44,928 nucleotides of DNA. It comes from an uncultured Gammaproteobacteria bacterium (lineage in GTDB: Bacteria > Pseudomonadota > Gammaproteobacteria > Steroidobacterales > UBA11654). The translations under genes were made by a program, and so were the position numbers. The notes beneath the pieces were generated by a model. It saw only the letters and a program-made list of their open reading frames with translations, ran no database searches and was not told the DNA's origin. Of the stretch, positions 25,034 through 34,608 are shown piece after piece. The DNA lies in the NCBI GenBank assembly GCA_964008355.1, contig CAXGBD010000002.1:1-44928 (forward strand), in the 5' to 3' direction. Positions within the stretch are counted from its first letter, which is position 1. Every line of letters begins with the position of its first letter.

Positions 25034-26143
25034 CTATGATTTCAAAAGTGGAACAGAATCTATGACCCAACCCTTGGCTTTTTTTCTAGCTGGACTGGGA
25101 ATGGCGTAAGCATGTGATAATTTATTTTCTCTAACGGTTTCAGTATCGATTCTCCATCCTTTCTCTTCCCATTTTTTCAACAACTCTCTATAGAGTTTAA
25201 TGGGTTTGTCAATGGGAACAAAAAATTCATTGTTACTTTCATTGGGCGTCAATAGTGGCTTGACCCCTAACAGAACATCTCGGTCTTGAAAAGCAACCAC
25301 TTGATTGCGTTCAATCACTCGATCATCATCTTTGGGATCAGTTAGAAAATTTCTGGTGGTAATGAGATAGAAATTAGTTTGGGTCTCATCGATTGGTGTT
25401 TCGAACGCATATTGATGAATAAAAACCTCAGGTGTTGGATGAATGTAAGTCCAAAGCGTTGATATGCCATGATGACCCGTTCCGGCTTCAATGAGTGCAT
25501 TCTCTTTGCGGCCCGAAGCTTTCTGCATTTTTTTCTCTTTCAAAGGAGGGGCAAACATTTTACTGAATAATCCAGTTCCCCACTCGGTCGATGTGATATC
25601 AATCTCAGGAGCTTTATAGTCCTCATTTTCACCTGAAAAACCATGGCTAGGATGGACAAACTCGTTGTGTGCGGCATCGATACCATTCTCAATGGATCGT
25701 TTATAATCAATATCAAATTGCAGAGATTGCCACGTTGTTCTCCATCCCTCCATTTCATATTCTTTGACCTCAAGAATGGGACACCTTTCTTCTTCTGGAA
25801 GGTCGCCGAGAAAACAGAAGATTAGACCATAAATTTCTTTGGTCGGGTAGGAATCAATTTTAGCTCTTTTTGGTATTTTTGCATTTTTTCCCAATGAAGG
25901 GATTCGATGGCATATTCCTTCACCATCAAATTGCCAGCCATGATAAGGGCACTCCACGCAGTCGCCTTTTATTTTGCCACCAGCTAAGGATCCTCCCCGA
26001 TGAATACATACATCGCTCAAACATCTTGGTTTACCAGATTGATCCCTAAACAAGACAAAGTTCTGCCCAAGCATTTTCTTTCGAATGGGTTGGTCAGTGA
26101 GATTGCCACTGGTTTCAGCTGGATACCAGAAATTGATAAACAT
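25034..26143 (-). CDS. Rieske non-heme-iron oxygenase (subfamily B), tandem paralogue
   Basis: CIHRGGSL...CPYHGWQF plus ENGIDAAHNEFVH. 369 aa. It has the same AATAGGGGA ribosome-binding region as 23819..24931. Confidence 0.85.
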   Translation of the reverse strand: MFINFWYPAETSGNLTDQPIRKKMLGQNFVLFRDQSGKPRCLSDVCIHRGGSLAGGKIKGDCVECPYHGWQFDGEGICHRIPSLGKNAKIPKRAKIDSYPTKEIYGLIFCFLGDLPEEERCPILEVKEYEMEGWRTTWQSLQFDIDYKRSIENGIDAAHNEFVHPSHGFSGENEDYKAPEIDITSTEWGTGLFSKMFAPPLKEKKMQKASGRKENALIEAGTGHHGISTLWTYIHPTPEVFIHQYAFETPIDETQTNFYLITTRNFLTDPKDDDRVIERNQVVAFQDRDVLLGVKPLLTPNESNNEFFVPIDKPIKLYRELLKKWEEKGWRIDTETVRENKLSHAYAIPSPARKKAKGWVIDSVPLLKS

Positions 26144-26254
26144 AATGAAGTCCCCTATTCAAATTTTAGCAATCTAACCTATCTAAGAAATTACAATTCA
26201 ACAATGATATAGATCAATTAACAAGGATTACCAAAATAATCGGTTTTCACTAAA

Positions 26255-27154
26255 TTAATTATTTTCTTTGTTCTGATTGAGCAGTTTCTGTTTAAATCCT
26301 GTAGGTGTAAAGACCGCAATTAGGGTGATCATAATCACAGTTCCTAAAACAACTAGAATCTCAGTTAAGTATTCCTGGGGGTATACCCAGAATTCTACCA
26401 ATAATCCCCATTTGCCAATCACTTCATAGGAACTGTATGCGATGATTGCGGTCGGAATGGCGTACCTGATAGCGGTAGTGACTTTCCAAAATTTAAATAA
26501 TCTCCACAATAGATAAACAGCCCAAGTGGTATTTAGAACAAAGAAGGCGTAGGTAATGGGATGATAAGCACCAATAAATGCATCTTCATAAAGCAGCAAA
26601 AGAATTATGTAGAAAAACCAAATTACGTATATCGTTTCGAGTGCGGTTATGGCTGCAAAGTTTCTTGGATAGCCGGGAGTTGGTTTTCCTGTTGATAGTT
26701 TAAAATTTCGCTGAATCCATTTGAAGAAATTGCATTTTGTTTCTCGATTCAATAAAAAGTAGAGCAAGGTTGTTAATAGAACCCCAATCGAGGACTGCAT
26801 CAATAAGTACTCTGGAAATCTATTGAGACTGCCATCGGGAAGAATTTGTTCAACTTCAAGATATTCTGCATAGAAAACAAAGGAAAACTCAACCCAGCCT
26901 GTCCACAGAAAAAGACCTGCAAAATAGCCCAACCAAGTTGCTGGCACTTCATTTTCTTTTTTCATCCCTATAAACAGGAGAATTCCTCCCAATATTCCAA
27001 GATAGAATGCCCCTTGGTATTGGTAGTCGGCGCCAAGAGTTTTTTCGACAAGCACCATCAGAGTGTGTCCCAATCCCTGAGTTAGAAATACTATTAGAAA
27101 GGCCAATATGCCTACATAAGGCGGTTTATAAAATACTTCTTTAACGTGGCTCAT
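26255..27154 (-). CDS. Polytopic membrane protein of unknown function
   Basis: 299 aa with about 8 hydrophobic, Trp/Tyr/Phe-rich segments. I recognise no family motif. Confidence 0.6.
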   Translation of the reverse strand: MSHVKEVFYKPPYVGILAFLIVFLTQGLGHTLMVLVEKTLGADYQYQGAFYLGILGGILLFIGMKKENEVPATWLGYFAGLFLWTGWVEFSFVFYAEYLEVEQILPDGSLNRFPEYLLMQSSIGVLLTTLLYFLLNRETKCNFFKWIQRNFKLSTGKPTPGYPRNFAAITALETIYVIWFFYIILLLLYEDAFIGAYHPITYAFFVLNTTWAVYLLWRLFKFWKVTTAIRYAIPTAIIAYSSYEVIGKWGLLVEFWVYPQEYLTEILVVLGTVIMITLIAVFTPTGFKQKLLNQNKENN

Positions 27155-27306
27155 CGTCCTATTCTAACACCGGTTAGGTCACATTTTAATTGGTTGTTGA
27201 TACATTGGTAAATTCTTAATATACAGATTATAGGAAAGTTCGAATACAATGCATTCTATATTTTGAAATGATGATAAAATTCAGCCTATTATAATATCGA
27301 GAAATC

Positions 27307-28281
27307 ATGACTGAGATAGATAAAGTTATGTATGTTTTTCCTGGACAAGGATCGCAGTATCCAGGGATGGGACAAGACTTGTACCATAGTTTTGAAACGG
27401 CAAAGGTAATCTTTGAACAGGCAAATGATATTTTAAACTATGATCTAGTTAAAATTGCATTTACAGATCCAGATGATCAGATTGGGCTCACTCGTTACAC
27501 CCAACCGATACTCTTAACACATCAGATGGCTTGTTTCAGGGTATTTCAGGAGTTAACGAGCTCAAAGATTACACCTGTTTTAGCTGCCGGTCACAGTTTG
27601 GGAGAATACACAGCATTAATTGTTGCCGGGGTTTTATCTTTCGAAGACGGTCTGAAGTTGGTCAGCAAACGAGGTGAATTGATGGGTGAATACGGTCAGG
27701 GTTCTATGCTAGCGCTGCCCTTGATGGGGGATGAGGCTCAATTGATTGCGGAAGATCACGGCTGTCAGGTTGCAACTATGAATCTGCCGCAGCAGACCGT
27801 AGTAGGAGGCAAAGACTCTGATATTGAAAAATTGGAATCTACTTTTGCCGAACTTTATCCAAGAAAAAGAGCTGTAAAACTCGATACTGAAGGCGCTTTT
27901 CATACGAATTTAATGAAAACAGCAGCATTGGCATTTAAAGAAACCTTGGAGAGAGCTAGTTTTGCTCCAACTACTATGGGCGTAGTCTCCAACTTCACTG
28001 CTGAACTACACGCGGAAGATGGATCGGCTACTAAGAATCTATTGTTCCAACAATTGTTTAAGCCGGTAAACTGGGTGGGTTGTTTAAAGACTTCCGTCTC
28101 ATTTGGTATCCAAACGATCATAGAGTTTGGAGGAGGCATTGGTAAGGAGCTTGAACCAGAGAACAAAAGACCCAATCTTGAGTCGATTATTAAGAAGAAT
28201 TTTAGAGCTCTTGAATACCCTATCGACTACTATCCGGCAATTAATTTAAAGACCGTTGAAGAGTCGGCACGATCTTTTTAG
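27307..28281 (+). CDS. fabD: Malonyl-CoA:ACP transacylase-type acyltransferase (FabD-like)
   Basis: VFPGQGSQYPGMG, TRYTQP, active-site GHSLGEYTAL and GAFHT. No other fab or acp genes lie nearby. Confidence 0.8.
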   Translation: MTEIDKVMYVFPGQGSQYPGMGQDLYHSFETAKVIFEQANDILNYDLVKIAFTDPDDQIGLTRYTQPILLTHQMACFRVFQELTSSKITPVLAAGHSLGEYTALIVAGVLSFEDGLKLVSKRGELMGEYGQGSMLALPLMGDEAQLIAEDHGCQVATMNLPQQTVVGGKDSDIEKLESTFAELYPRKRAVKLDTEGAFHTNLMKTAALAFKETLERASFAPTTMGVVSNFTAELHAEDGSATKNLLFQQLFKPVNWVGCLKTSVSFGIQTIIEFGGGIGKELEPENKRPNLESIIKKNFRALEYPIDYYPAINLKTVEESARSF

Positions 28282-28284
28282 CAG

Positions 28285-30624
28285 GTGACGCAGAAAATAA
28301 AACAAAATTCTTTTCTATCTCTTTTGGAGTTATTGTTTTTTGTTTTTCTTGGTTTTAATCCTATACATGCAGAAATAGTGATTGATGGAGAACTCAGCGA
28401 GGCTGAGTGGAATCAAGCACAAGTAATCGAAGATTTTGTTGTGACTAGACCTTTTAGTCTAGAAGCTCCCACATACAAAACAAAGGTTTTGATCTATTCA
28501 GACCTGGAAGGCATTTACGTTGGCTTTGTTAATCAGCAACCCATGGAGACCAGGGATCGGAGAAGACACAATCGCGACATGCTCAAACAAGACTACGACC
28601 GGAATATCGTCGTCATCGATTTTGATAACAAAGGCAACAGTGCCTATATGTTGGGCGTATCCTTAAGCGAATCGTTAATAGATTTCACTATCACTAATGA
28701 AAGTGAAACTGATGGGGATTGGGATGGGGAATGGTTTGCTAAAACATCAGAATCAGAAGAAAACTGGTACTCGGAGTTCTTCATTCCTTGGACCATGGTA
28801 TCGATGAATCAGCAAAAAGGTCCAAATCGAAAAATCGGTATTTCAACCAGTAGGCTGATTCAACATGAGGCAAAATACGTTGCTTTTCCGCAGGCATCAC
28901 CTCTGAGGAAAAAATTTCTCTCCTTGTTGCACACCATTGAAGTTGTTCAGTCCAACCCGAGACGACTTGATTTTTACCCCTATCTTGTAAGTAAGGGCAA
29001 TTTTGTGGATGACGATATGTCCTATCAGGCGGGTTCTGAAATATTTTTTGCCAATGGTAGCGGTGGTGAACTTAGCGTGACTCTCAACCCTGACTTCGGT
29101 CAGGTTGAAAGCGACAACATAGTCATTAACTATTCTGCACGAGAGACATTTTATTCTGATAAAAGGCCATTTTTTACTCAAAGCCAGTCCCTGTTTGAAA
29201 TTTCCAATGAATGGTATCCTGGTTTTGAACTATATTCGATCATTCACACCAGAAGAATAGGTGCTCGTCCAGATTATGATTGCTCAAAGTATGGTTCTGA
29301 CTCAGGTGGCAGTGATGAGGACGAGTTGCAATGTTTAAGCAGCCAAGAAATGAACAACGATATTGATGTGGCGCTCAAATATACTCAATTAGGCGATAAA
29401 ACAGATTTCGGCTTCTTCGGTGCTTTTGAGCATGATGAGGATTTTAGTGAGGGTAAGGACTTTTTCGCAGTTAGAACCTCACACAGAGCTGGAAACCACA
29501 AAATCGGCCACATGTTGACCCATGTTGATCGAAGTGCTATTGACCGGGATGCCACTGTCAATGCATTTGATTATCAATTTACCCCAAACGACATCATAAA
29601 ATTTGACAGTGTTCTTATGTTCTCTGATTCAAATCAGGAAAAGAGTGGATTTGGCTCAAGAAACGCTGTTGTTTTTGAGCACAACAAAAAATGGCGAAGC
29701 GGTGCCGAGTTCTATTATTACAATGACAAACTCAATATTGACGACATGGGATATTTGTATCGAAACAATTTGTTCTCTGGAGGGGCAAATGTGAGCTATA
29801 CCAGAACCGATTTCACCAAAGATTCGCCGGTTCTGAGTCGAAGCTATAGTTGGGATTTTTGGAGTGAAAACAATGCAGATGGAGAAACCATTGACAATTC
29901 TATTGTATTGTTTTTCATGCAGCAATTCAAAGACACATCAAGCATCCATTTAAACATATTTACTAATAGTGAGGGAATAGACGATGATGTAACGCGTGGC
30001 AGTTTATCCGCACCATTTCTAGAAAGTGGCAAAGGACTGGCTACTGACTTTAACTACAACACGAGAATTATTGGAAAATGGCAAGCAGATTTAAATGTGT
30101 ATGCACAAAAAAAGGACCGCCTTTCTTTTACTGAGCGTACCAGACGTGTATCGACAGGACTACGTTATTTTCCTTCCGACAATTTAAGATTCTATTTGCA
30201 ACTATCCCATACTAAAGTTAATAACTGGTTTATCTGGAGGAGCGACAACCACTATGCTACTTATCAATCAAGGAATACCACGATTAAGCTGAATTCCAGG
30301 TGGTACCCTGATGATCGTCAGGAGTTTCAGGTTAAGCTTGAAATGGTGGCTTTCAGAAACCAGGATGGCAAAGGATGGACTGCTGATACCTTGGGATACC
30401 TAAATAGTTTAGGTACCTCAGAATCAAGCATCAATTCAGGAAGACTCTCTTTTCAGATTAGATACAAATATGAGATTGCTCCTCTGTCCAATATTTACCT
30501 CGTCTACACTAGGGGCGGAAATAATTATTTTGATGATGAGTCAGGGACAAGCAGGATTTATAGGGAAACATGGCGAGATCCAGAAAGCAATCGGTTGGTG
30601 CTGAAAGCTCGAATCAAATTCTAA
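28285..30624 (+). CDS. Secreted CBM9-like + DUF5916 outer-membrane protein, copy 1
   Basis: GTG start 3 nt after the fabD-like stop. Signal peptide ends IHA/EIV, followed by an IDGELSEAEW CBM9-like N-terminus. DUF5916 hallmarks NPDFGQVESD, DKRPFFTQS and HTRRIG are present, and the C-terminus ends in Phe. Confidence 0.75.
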   Translation: MTQKIKQNSFLSLLELLFFVFLGFNPIHAEIVIDGELSEAEWNQAQVIEDFVVTRPFSLEAPTYKTKVLIYSDLEGIYVGFVNQQPMETRDRRRHNRDMLKQDYDRNIVVIDFDNKGNSAYMLGVSLSESLIDFTITNESETDGDWDGEWFAKTSESEENWYSEFFIPWTMVSMNQQKGPNRKIGISTSRLIQHEAKYVAFPQASPLRKKFLSLLHTIEVVQSNPRRLDFYPYLVSKGNFVDDDMSYQAGSEIFFANGSGGELSVTLNPDFGQVESDNIVINYSARETFYSDKRPFFTQSQSLFEISNEWYPGFELYSIIHTRRIGARPDYDCSKYGSDSGGSDEDELQCLSSQEMNNDIDVALKYTQLGDKTDFGFFGAFEHDEDFSEGKDFFAVRTSHRAGNHKIGHMLTHVDRSAIDRDATVNAFDYQFTPNDIIKFDSVLMFSDSNQEKSGFGSRNAVVFEHNKKWRSGAEFYYYNDKLNIDDMGYLYRNNLFSGGANVSYTRTDFTKDSPVLSRSYSWDFWSENNADGETIDNSIVLFFMQQFKDTSSIHLNIFTNSEGIDDDVTRGSLSAPFLESGKGLATDFNYNTRIIGKWQADLNVYAQKKDRLSFTERTRRVSTGLRYFPSDNLRFYLQLSHTKVNNWFIWRSDNHYATYQSRNTTIKLNSRWYPDDRQEFQVKLEMVAFRNQDGKGWTADTLGYLNSLGTSESSINSGRLSFQIRYKYEIAPLSNIYLVYTRGGNNYFDDESGTSRIYRETWRDPESNRLVLKARIKF

Positions 30625-30805
30625 TTAATCCAGTAAAAAACCCTAAAAAAATATAAAGCTTTTGATTATCACATCAGTTATTATTCTGCGATCAATATCA
30701 ACTCAATAAAGGAATCTGTCGCATCTATTTCTTCGAATTGATTTGAATCAATGTATTTTTTAATTAATATTTTGATAATTAAACTTAAGTGACTAAAAAA
30801 AATAA

Positions 30806-33166
30806 ATGACTAGTTTCATGAGGCATATTAATTTCAATGTTGTTTTTAATTTTTCTAGATTTCTAGTCATTGTTTTCGTATTTATTGCACAATTTACCGA
30901 AACTGCTCATTCGACAATTATCATTGACGGTGAACTGACTGAACCAGAATGGACACAAGCCCAGACACTTGATGAATATTCAGTAGTTATACCGTTCAGC
31001 CTAGAGCAACCTAGATACAGTACAAAAACCTTAGTGTATTCAGATGAATTCGGTCTTTATTTTGGTTTTATCAACCAACAACCAGAAGAGTCAAGAGATC
31101 GGAGAAAAAGTAATAGAGATATGCTACATGGTGACTACGATCGCAATATCGTGGCTATTGATTTTGATAACAAAGGTAATACGGGCTATATGCTGGGCAT
31201 TTCTTTAGGCGGATCCTTGTTAGATTTTGCTGTTACTAACGAAACCCAGACTGATGGTGATTGGGATGGTGAGTGGTATGCCAAAACATCAGAATCTAAA
31301 GAGAATTGGTATTCAGAATTTTTTATCCCCTGGGCGTTAGTTTCGATGAAAAAACAGGAAGGGTCTACCAGAAAAATTAGAGTTGGTTTCAGTAGAGGAG
31401 TACAACACCTGTCCCAAACTTATGGCTTACCAGAAATAAGCCCAATGAGAACAAAATTTCTTTCACTCTTTATCCCAATAGAGGTTAATCAATTCCAACA
31501 AGGTCGATTGGATTTTTATCCGTACATTGTTGCTAGTGATGATTATGAAAATGATAATTCTGCCTACCAAATTGGTACAGATATCTTTTATACCAATGGT
31601 GAAGGCAGTGAAATAACGGCAACGATCAATCCAGATTTTGGCCAGATTGAAAGTGATAGTCTAGTTGTGAATTATTCTGCCAGAGAAACATTTTATAGTG
31701 ATAAAAGGCCTTTTTTTACACAAAGCCACTCCCTCTTTGACATTCATGAGAACTGGTATCCAGGGTTTGAACTCTATTCCATCGTTCACACCAGAAGAAT
31801 AGGTTCTGCTCCAGACTATGACTGTTCTCAATACGGTTTAGCTAATGGAGGTAGCAATGAAGAGGAATTGGAATGTGAATTGAGTGAGGAGCCGATCAAC
31901 GATATTGATGCCGCTATCAAATACACGCGATTAGGTGAACAAACCGACATTGGTTTTTTTGGGGCTTTTGAACACGATGAAGATTTTAGCGAAGGGAAAG
32001 ATTTTTATGCTTTTAGAACTCTCCATAAGTCTGGATACCACACCATAGGACACATGATTACACACGCTAAAAGTGGAGCTATTAATCGCGATGCAACAGT
32101 GAACGTAATGGATTATAAATACAAACCCTCGGATGTGATTACTTTACAAAACTTCGTGTTTCATTCTGATTCCAATCAGGAAGAGGGAGGCTTAGGTGTA
32201 AGGAGTGTGGTCACTTTTGAACACAATAAAAATTGGCGCAATGGATTTGAAATTTACTATTTTGATGAACACTTAGATTTTAACGACATGGGTTATATGT
32301 GGCGAAACGACCTTCTTGCAGGTGGTGGTTTTGTCAGATATGAGAATACAGATTTTGGTGAAAATTCCAGGGTCTTGAGTAGAACTTATAATCTCGATTT
32401 TTTTGATAAAAACAATTCAGACAATGATAATTTAAAAGAATTTATCTCATTGTTTTATAGTCAAAGGAATAAGAATCGGTCCAGCTTCAATTGTAATTTA
32501 TTTTATAGCCCTCATGGCAATGACGATGAAGTCACTCGAGGAATGGGTATGGCACCATTCATTCAATTACGAAAAGAACTTGATTTCGATTGTGGGTATA
32601 GAAGTGGCATGAGAGGGAAATGGCAATGGAATTTGACTCTATCATCAGGCACTGGAGATTATTTTGTATTTAGTGCGGATAGGAAATCCATTAGAACTGG
32701 AGTTGGTTATTTTCCACAAGATAATTTGAAATTTAATTTTCATTTGCACCAGACCAAAACTGATAATTGGTTTATTTGGACAGATGTAAATCAATATGCA
32801 AGTTATGAATCAAAAAATACAAGAATCTCTACTGACATGAAATGGTATCCAAGTGAACGTCAAGAATTTCAAATAAAGTTACAAGCTGTTGCTTTCAGAA
32901 ATCAACAAGGACAAAGCTGGGTAGCAGATGAAGCTGGTTATCTCAATAGCACGGGAGCAGCTGTAGAGAGTATTAATTTGGGAAAAATTGCTTTTCAAAT
33001 TCGTTACAAGTACGAGATTGCTCCACTGTCAAACCTTTATCTCGTCTACACTAGAGGGGGTGATTACTATTTTGATGATGAAGCAGGCACCAGTAAGATC
33101 TATCGTAAGACGTGGGACAATCCCGAGAACAACAAACTGGTTCTAAAATTACGTATCAAGTTCTAA
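30806..33166 (+). CDS. Secreted CBM9-like + DUF5916 outer-membrane protein, copy 2
   Basis: Collinear paralogue of copy 1 with long identical blocks (YSARETFYSDKRPFFTQS, WYPGFELYSI, FGAFEHDEDFSEGKDF, QIRYKYEIAPLSN). It has a signal peptide and a C-terminal Phe. Confidence 0.75.
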   Translation: MTSFMRHINFNVVFNFSRFLVIVFVFIAQFTETAHSTIIIDGELTEPEWTQAQTLDEYSVVIPFSLEQPRYSTKTLVYSDEFGLYFGFINQQPEESRDRRKSNRDMLHGDYDRNIVAIDFDNKGNTGYMLGISLGGSLLDFAVTNETQTDGDWDGEWYAKTSESKENWYSEFFIPWALVSMKKQEGSTRKIRVGFSRGVQHLSQTYGLPEISPMRTKFLSLFIPIEVNQFQQGRLDFYPYIVASDDYENDNSAYQIGTDIFYTNGEGSEITATINPDFGQIESDSLVVNYSARETFYSDKRPFFTQSHSLFDIHENWYPGFELYSIVHTRRIGSAPDYDCSQYGLANGGSNEEELECELSEEPINDIDAAIKYTRLGEQTDIGFFGAFEHDEDFSEGKDFYAFRTLHKSGYHTIGHMITHAKSGAINRDATVNVMDYKYKPSDVITLQNFVFHSDSNQEEGGLGVRSVVTFEHNKNWRNGFEIYYFDEHLDFNDMGYMWRNDLLAGGGFVRYENTDFGENSRVLSRTYNLDFFDKNNSDNDNLKEFISLFYSQRNKNRSSFNCNLFYSPHGNDDEVTRGMGMAPFIQLRKELDFDCGYRSGMRGKWQWNLTLSSGTGDYFVFSADRKSIRTGVGYFPQDNLKFNFHLHQTKTDNWFIWTDVNQYASYESKNTRISTDMKWYPSERQEFQIKLQAVAFRNQQGQSWVADEAGYLNSTGAAVESINLGKIAFQIRYKYEIAPLSNLYLVYTRGGDYYFDDEAGTSKIYRKTWDNPENNKLVLKLRIKF

Positions 33167-33187
33167 TCTATTGTTTACTGGTTGCAA

Positions 33188-33595
33188 CTAATTAGCTTGT
33201 TCAAGTTCGATCAATGATCCCATAAAGTTTTTTGGATGCAAGAACAGTACAAGTTTGTTATTGGCTCCAAGATAGGGCTCACCCGTACCTAAAACTGTCA
33301 TTCCTTGACTGGTCAATTGATCTTTGGCAGCGAAGATGTCTTCAACCTCATAACACAGATGATGAATGCCACCTTTAGTATTTCTCTTTAAAAAACTATC
33401 AATTGGTGATTGATCTCCCAATGGTTGTATCAATTCTATTTTAGTATTTTCCAAATGAACAAAAACAGCAGTTACGCCGTGTTCAGGGAGTTCATGGGGT
33501 TTTGAAACTTTTGCTCCCAATACATCTCTATAGATTGATGTGGCCTCTTCTAGATCTGGTACCGCAACAGCAATGTGATTGAGTTTTCCTATCAT
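33188..33595 (-). CDS. mce: Methylmalonyl-CoA epimerase (VOC fold)
   Basis: 135 aa with KLNHIAVAVPDLEEA ... GIHHLCYEV motifs. ATGA overlap with meaB, within the mcm/pcc operon. Confidence 0.85.
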   Translation of the reverse strand: MIGKLNHIAVAVPDLEEATSIYRDVLGAKVSKPHELPEHGVTAVFVHLENTKIELIQPLGDQSPIDSFLKRNTKGGIHHLCYEVEDIFAAKDQLTSQGMTVLGTGEPYLGANNKLVLFLHPKNFMGSLIELEQAN

Positions 33596-34608
33596 TTGTT
33601 TTTACTCAGCTTACTTAAAAAATTGGCAATGATATTTTTTGCTTCTGTCTTTACCGACCGATTTTCTTCAGAGAGTTTTTCTTGCATAGTCTTTAATTTA
33701 TTCTGGATCTCTTCATCTTCATCAAGCGCGTCAAGTAATCCTTGTCTGGTTTCTTTTATCAGCCATTTTTCTTTTTGCTGGTTTCGATTGCTTTCCAGTT
33801 GGTGACTGATTAATAACAGTTCTCGTAAATTCTGGATGGACTGCCAGCATTTTTCAAGTCCTCTTTTTTTAAGAGCAGAACAAGCAATAATAGGCACTGA
33901 CCAATCTTTAATTCTTGGTTTCATCAGTTTTAAGGCATTTTTATAGTCCAGAACTGTGCTCCTTGATAAAGATTCCAGATCACCATCAGATTTATTGACT
34001 ACAATGATGTCAGATAATTCAATGATGCCTCTTTTAATCCCTTGCAATTCATCTCCACCACCCGGGTTCAGGAGTACAATGAAAATATCAGTCATTTCAA
34101 ACACTTCTGTCTCAGATTGTCCGACTCCAACGGTCTCCACCAGAGTGACATTAAATCTGGCTGCCTCAACAATGGCAATAGACTCTCTTGTGGAGCGATT
34201 CACACCGCCTAAATTGTTGCCCGAAGGCGAAGGTCTAATGAATACATTTTCATCTTGACTGAGAGAGGTCATTCTTGTTTTATCTGCCAGAATGGAACCG
34301 CCACTGATGGATGATGTGGGATCGACTGCCAAAATAGCCAATCGATTACCTTCTTTTAAAATCAGTTGCCCAAGCGCTTCGATGAAGGTGGACTTACCCA
34401 CGCCTGGAGTACCTGAAATGCCAATTCTTATGGAAGATTCATTGGCAGTACCTAGTTGTTCCAGCAATGCTTCGGCATTGGCACGGTCGTCGGTTTTTAT
34501 TGATTCCATCAGAGTGATCGCTTGTGCAATCGCTTTTCTGTTGCCCGACTTTATTCCATCAACCAAGTCAATTATTTCAGATGCTTCCAATTCAATCCTC
34601 AAATTCAA
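33592..34608 (-). CDS. meaB: Methylmalonyl-CoA mutase-associated GTPase (MeaB/ArgK)
   Basis: P-loop GTPGVGKST, VETVGVGQSE and NKSD. The apparent TTG start overlaps the pccA stop by 17 nt. Confidence 0.85.
   Translation of the reverse strand: MNLRIELEASEIIDLVDGIKSGNRKAIAQAITLMESIKTDDRANAEALLEQLGTANESSIRIGISGTPGVGKSTFIEALGQLILKEGNRLAILAVDPTSSISGGSILADKTRMTSLSQDENVFIRPSPSGNNLGGVNRSTRESIAIVEAARFNVTLVETVGVGQSETEVFEMTDIFIVLLNPGGGDELQGIKRGIIELSDIIVVNKSDGDLESLSRSTVLDYKNALKLMKPRIKDWSVPIIACSALKKRGLEKCWQSIQNLRELLLISHQLESNRNQQKEKWLIKETRQGLLDALDEDEEIQNKLKTMQEKLSEENRSVKTEAKNIIANFLSKLSKNK

Noticed and set aside
28285-33166. Possibility that the two 780-aa envelope proteins are TonB-dependent receptors
   Set aside because: No TonB box or plug-domain motifs are visible. 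The N-terminus is CBM9-like (IDGELSE.EW), and the NPDFGQVESD, RPFF and RRIG motifs point to DUF5916 instead.
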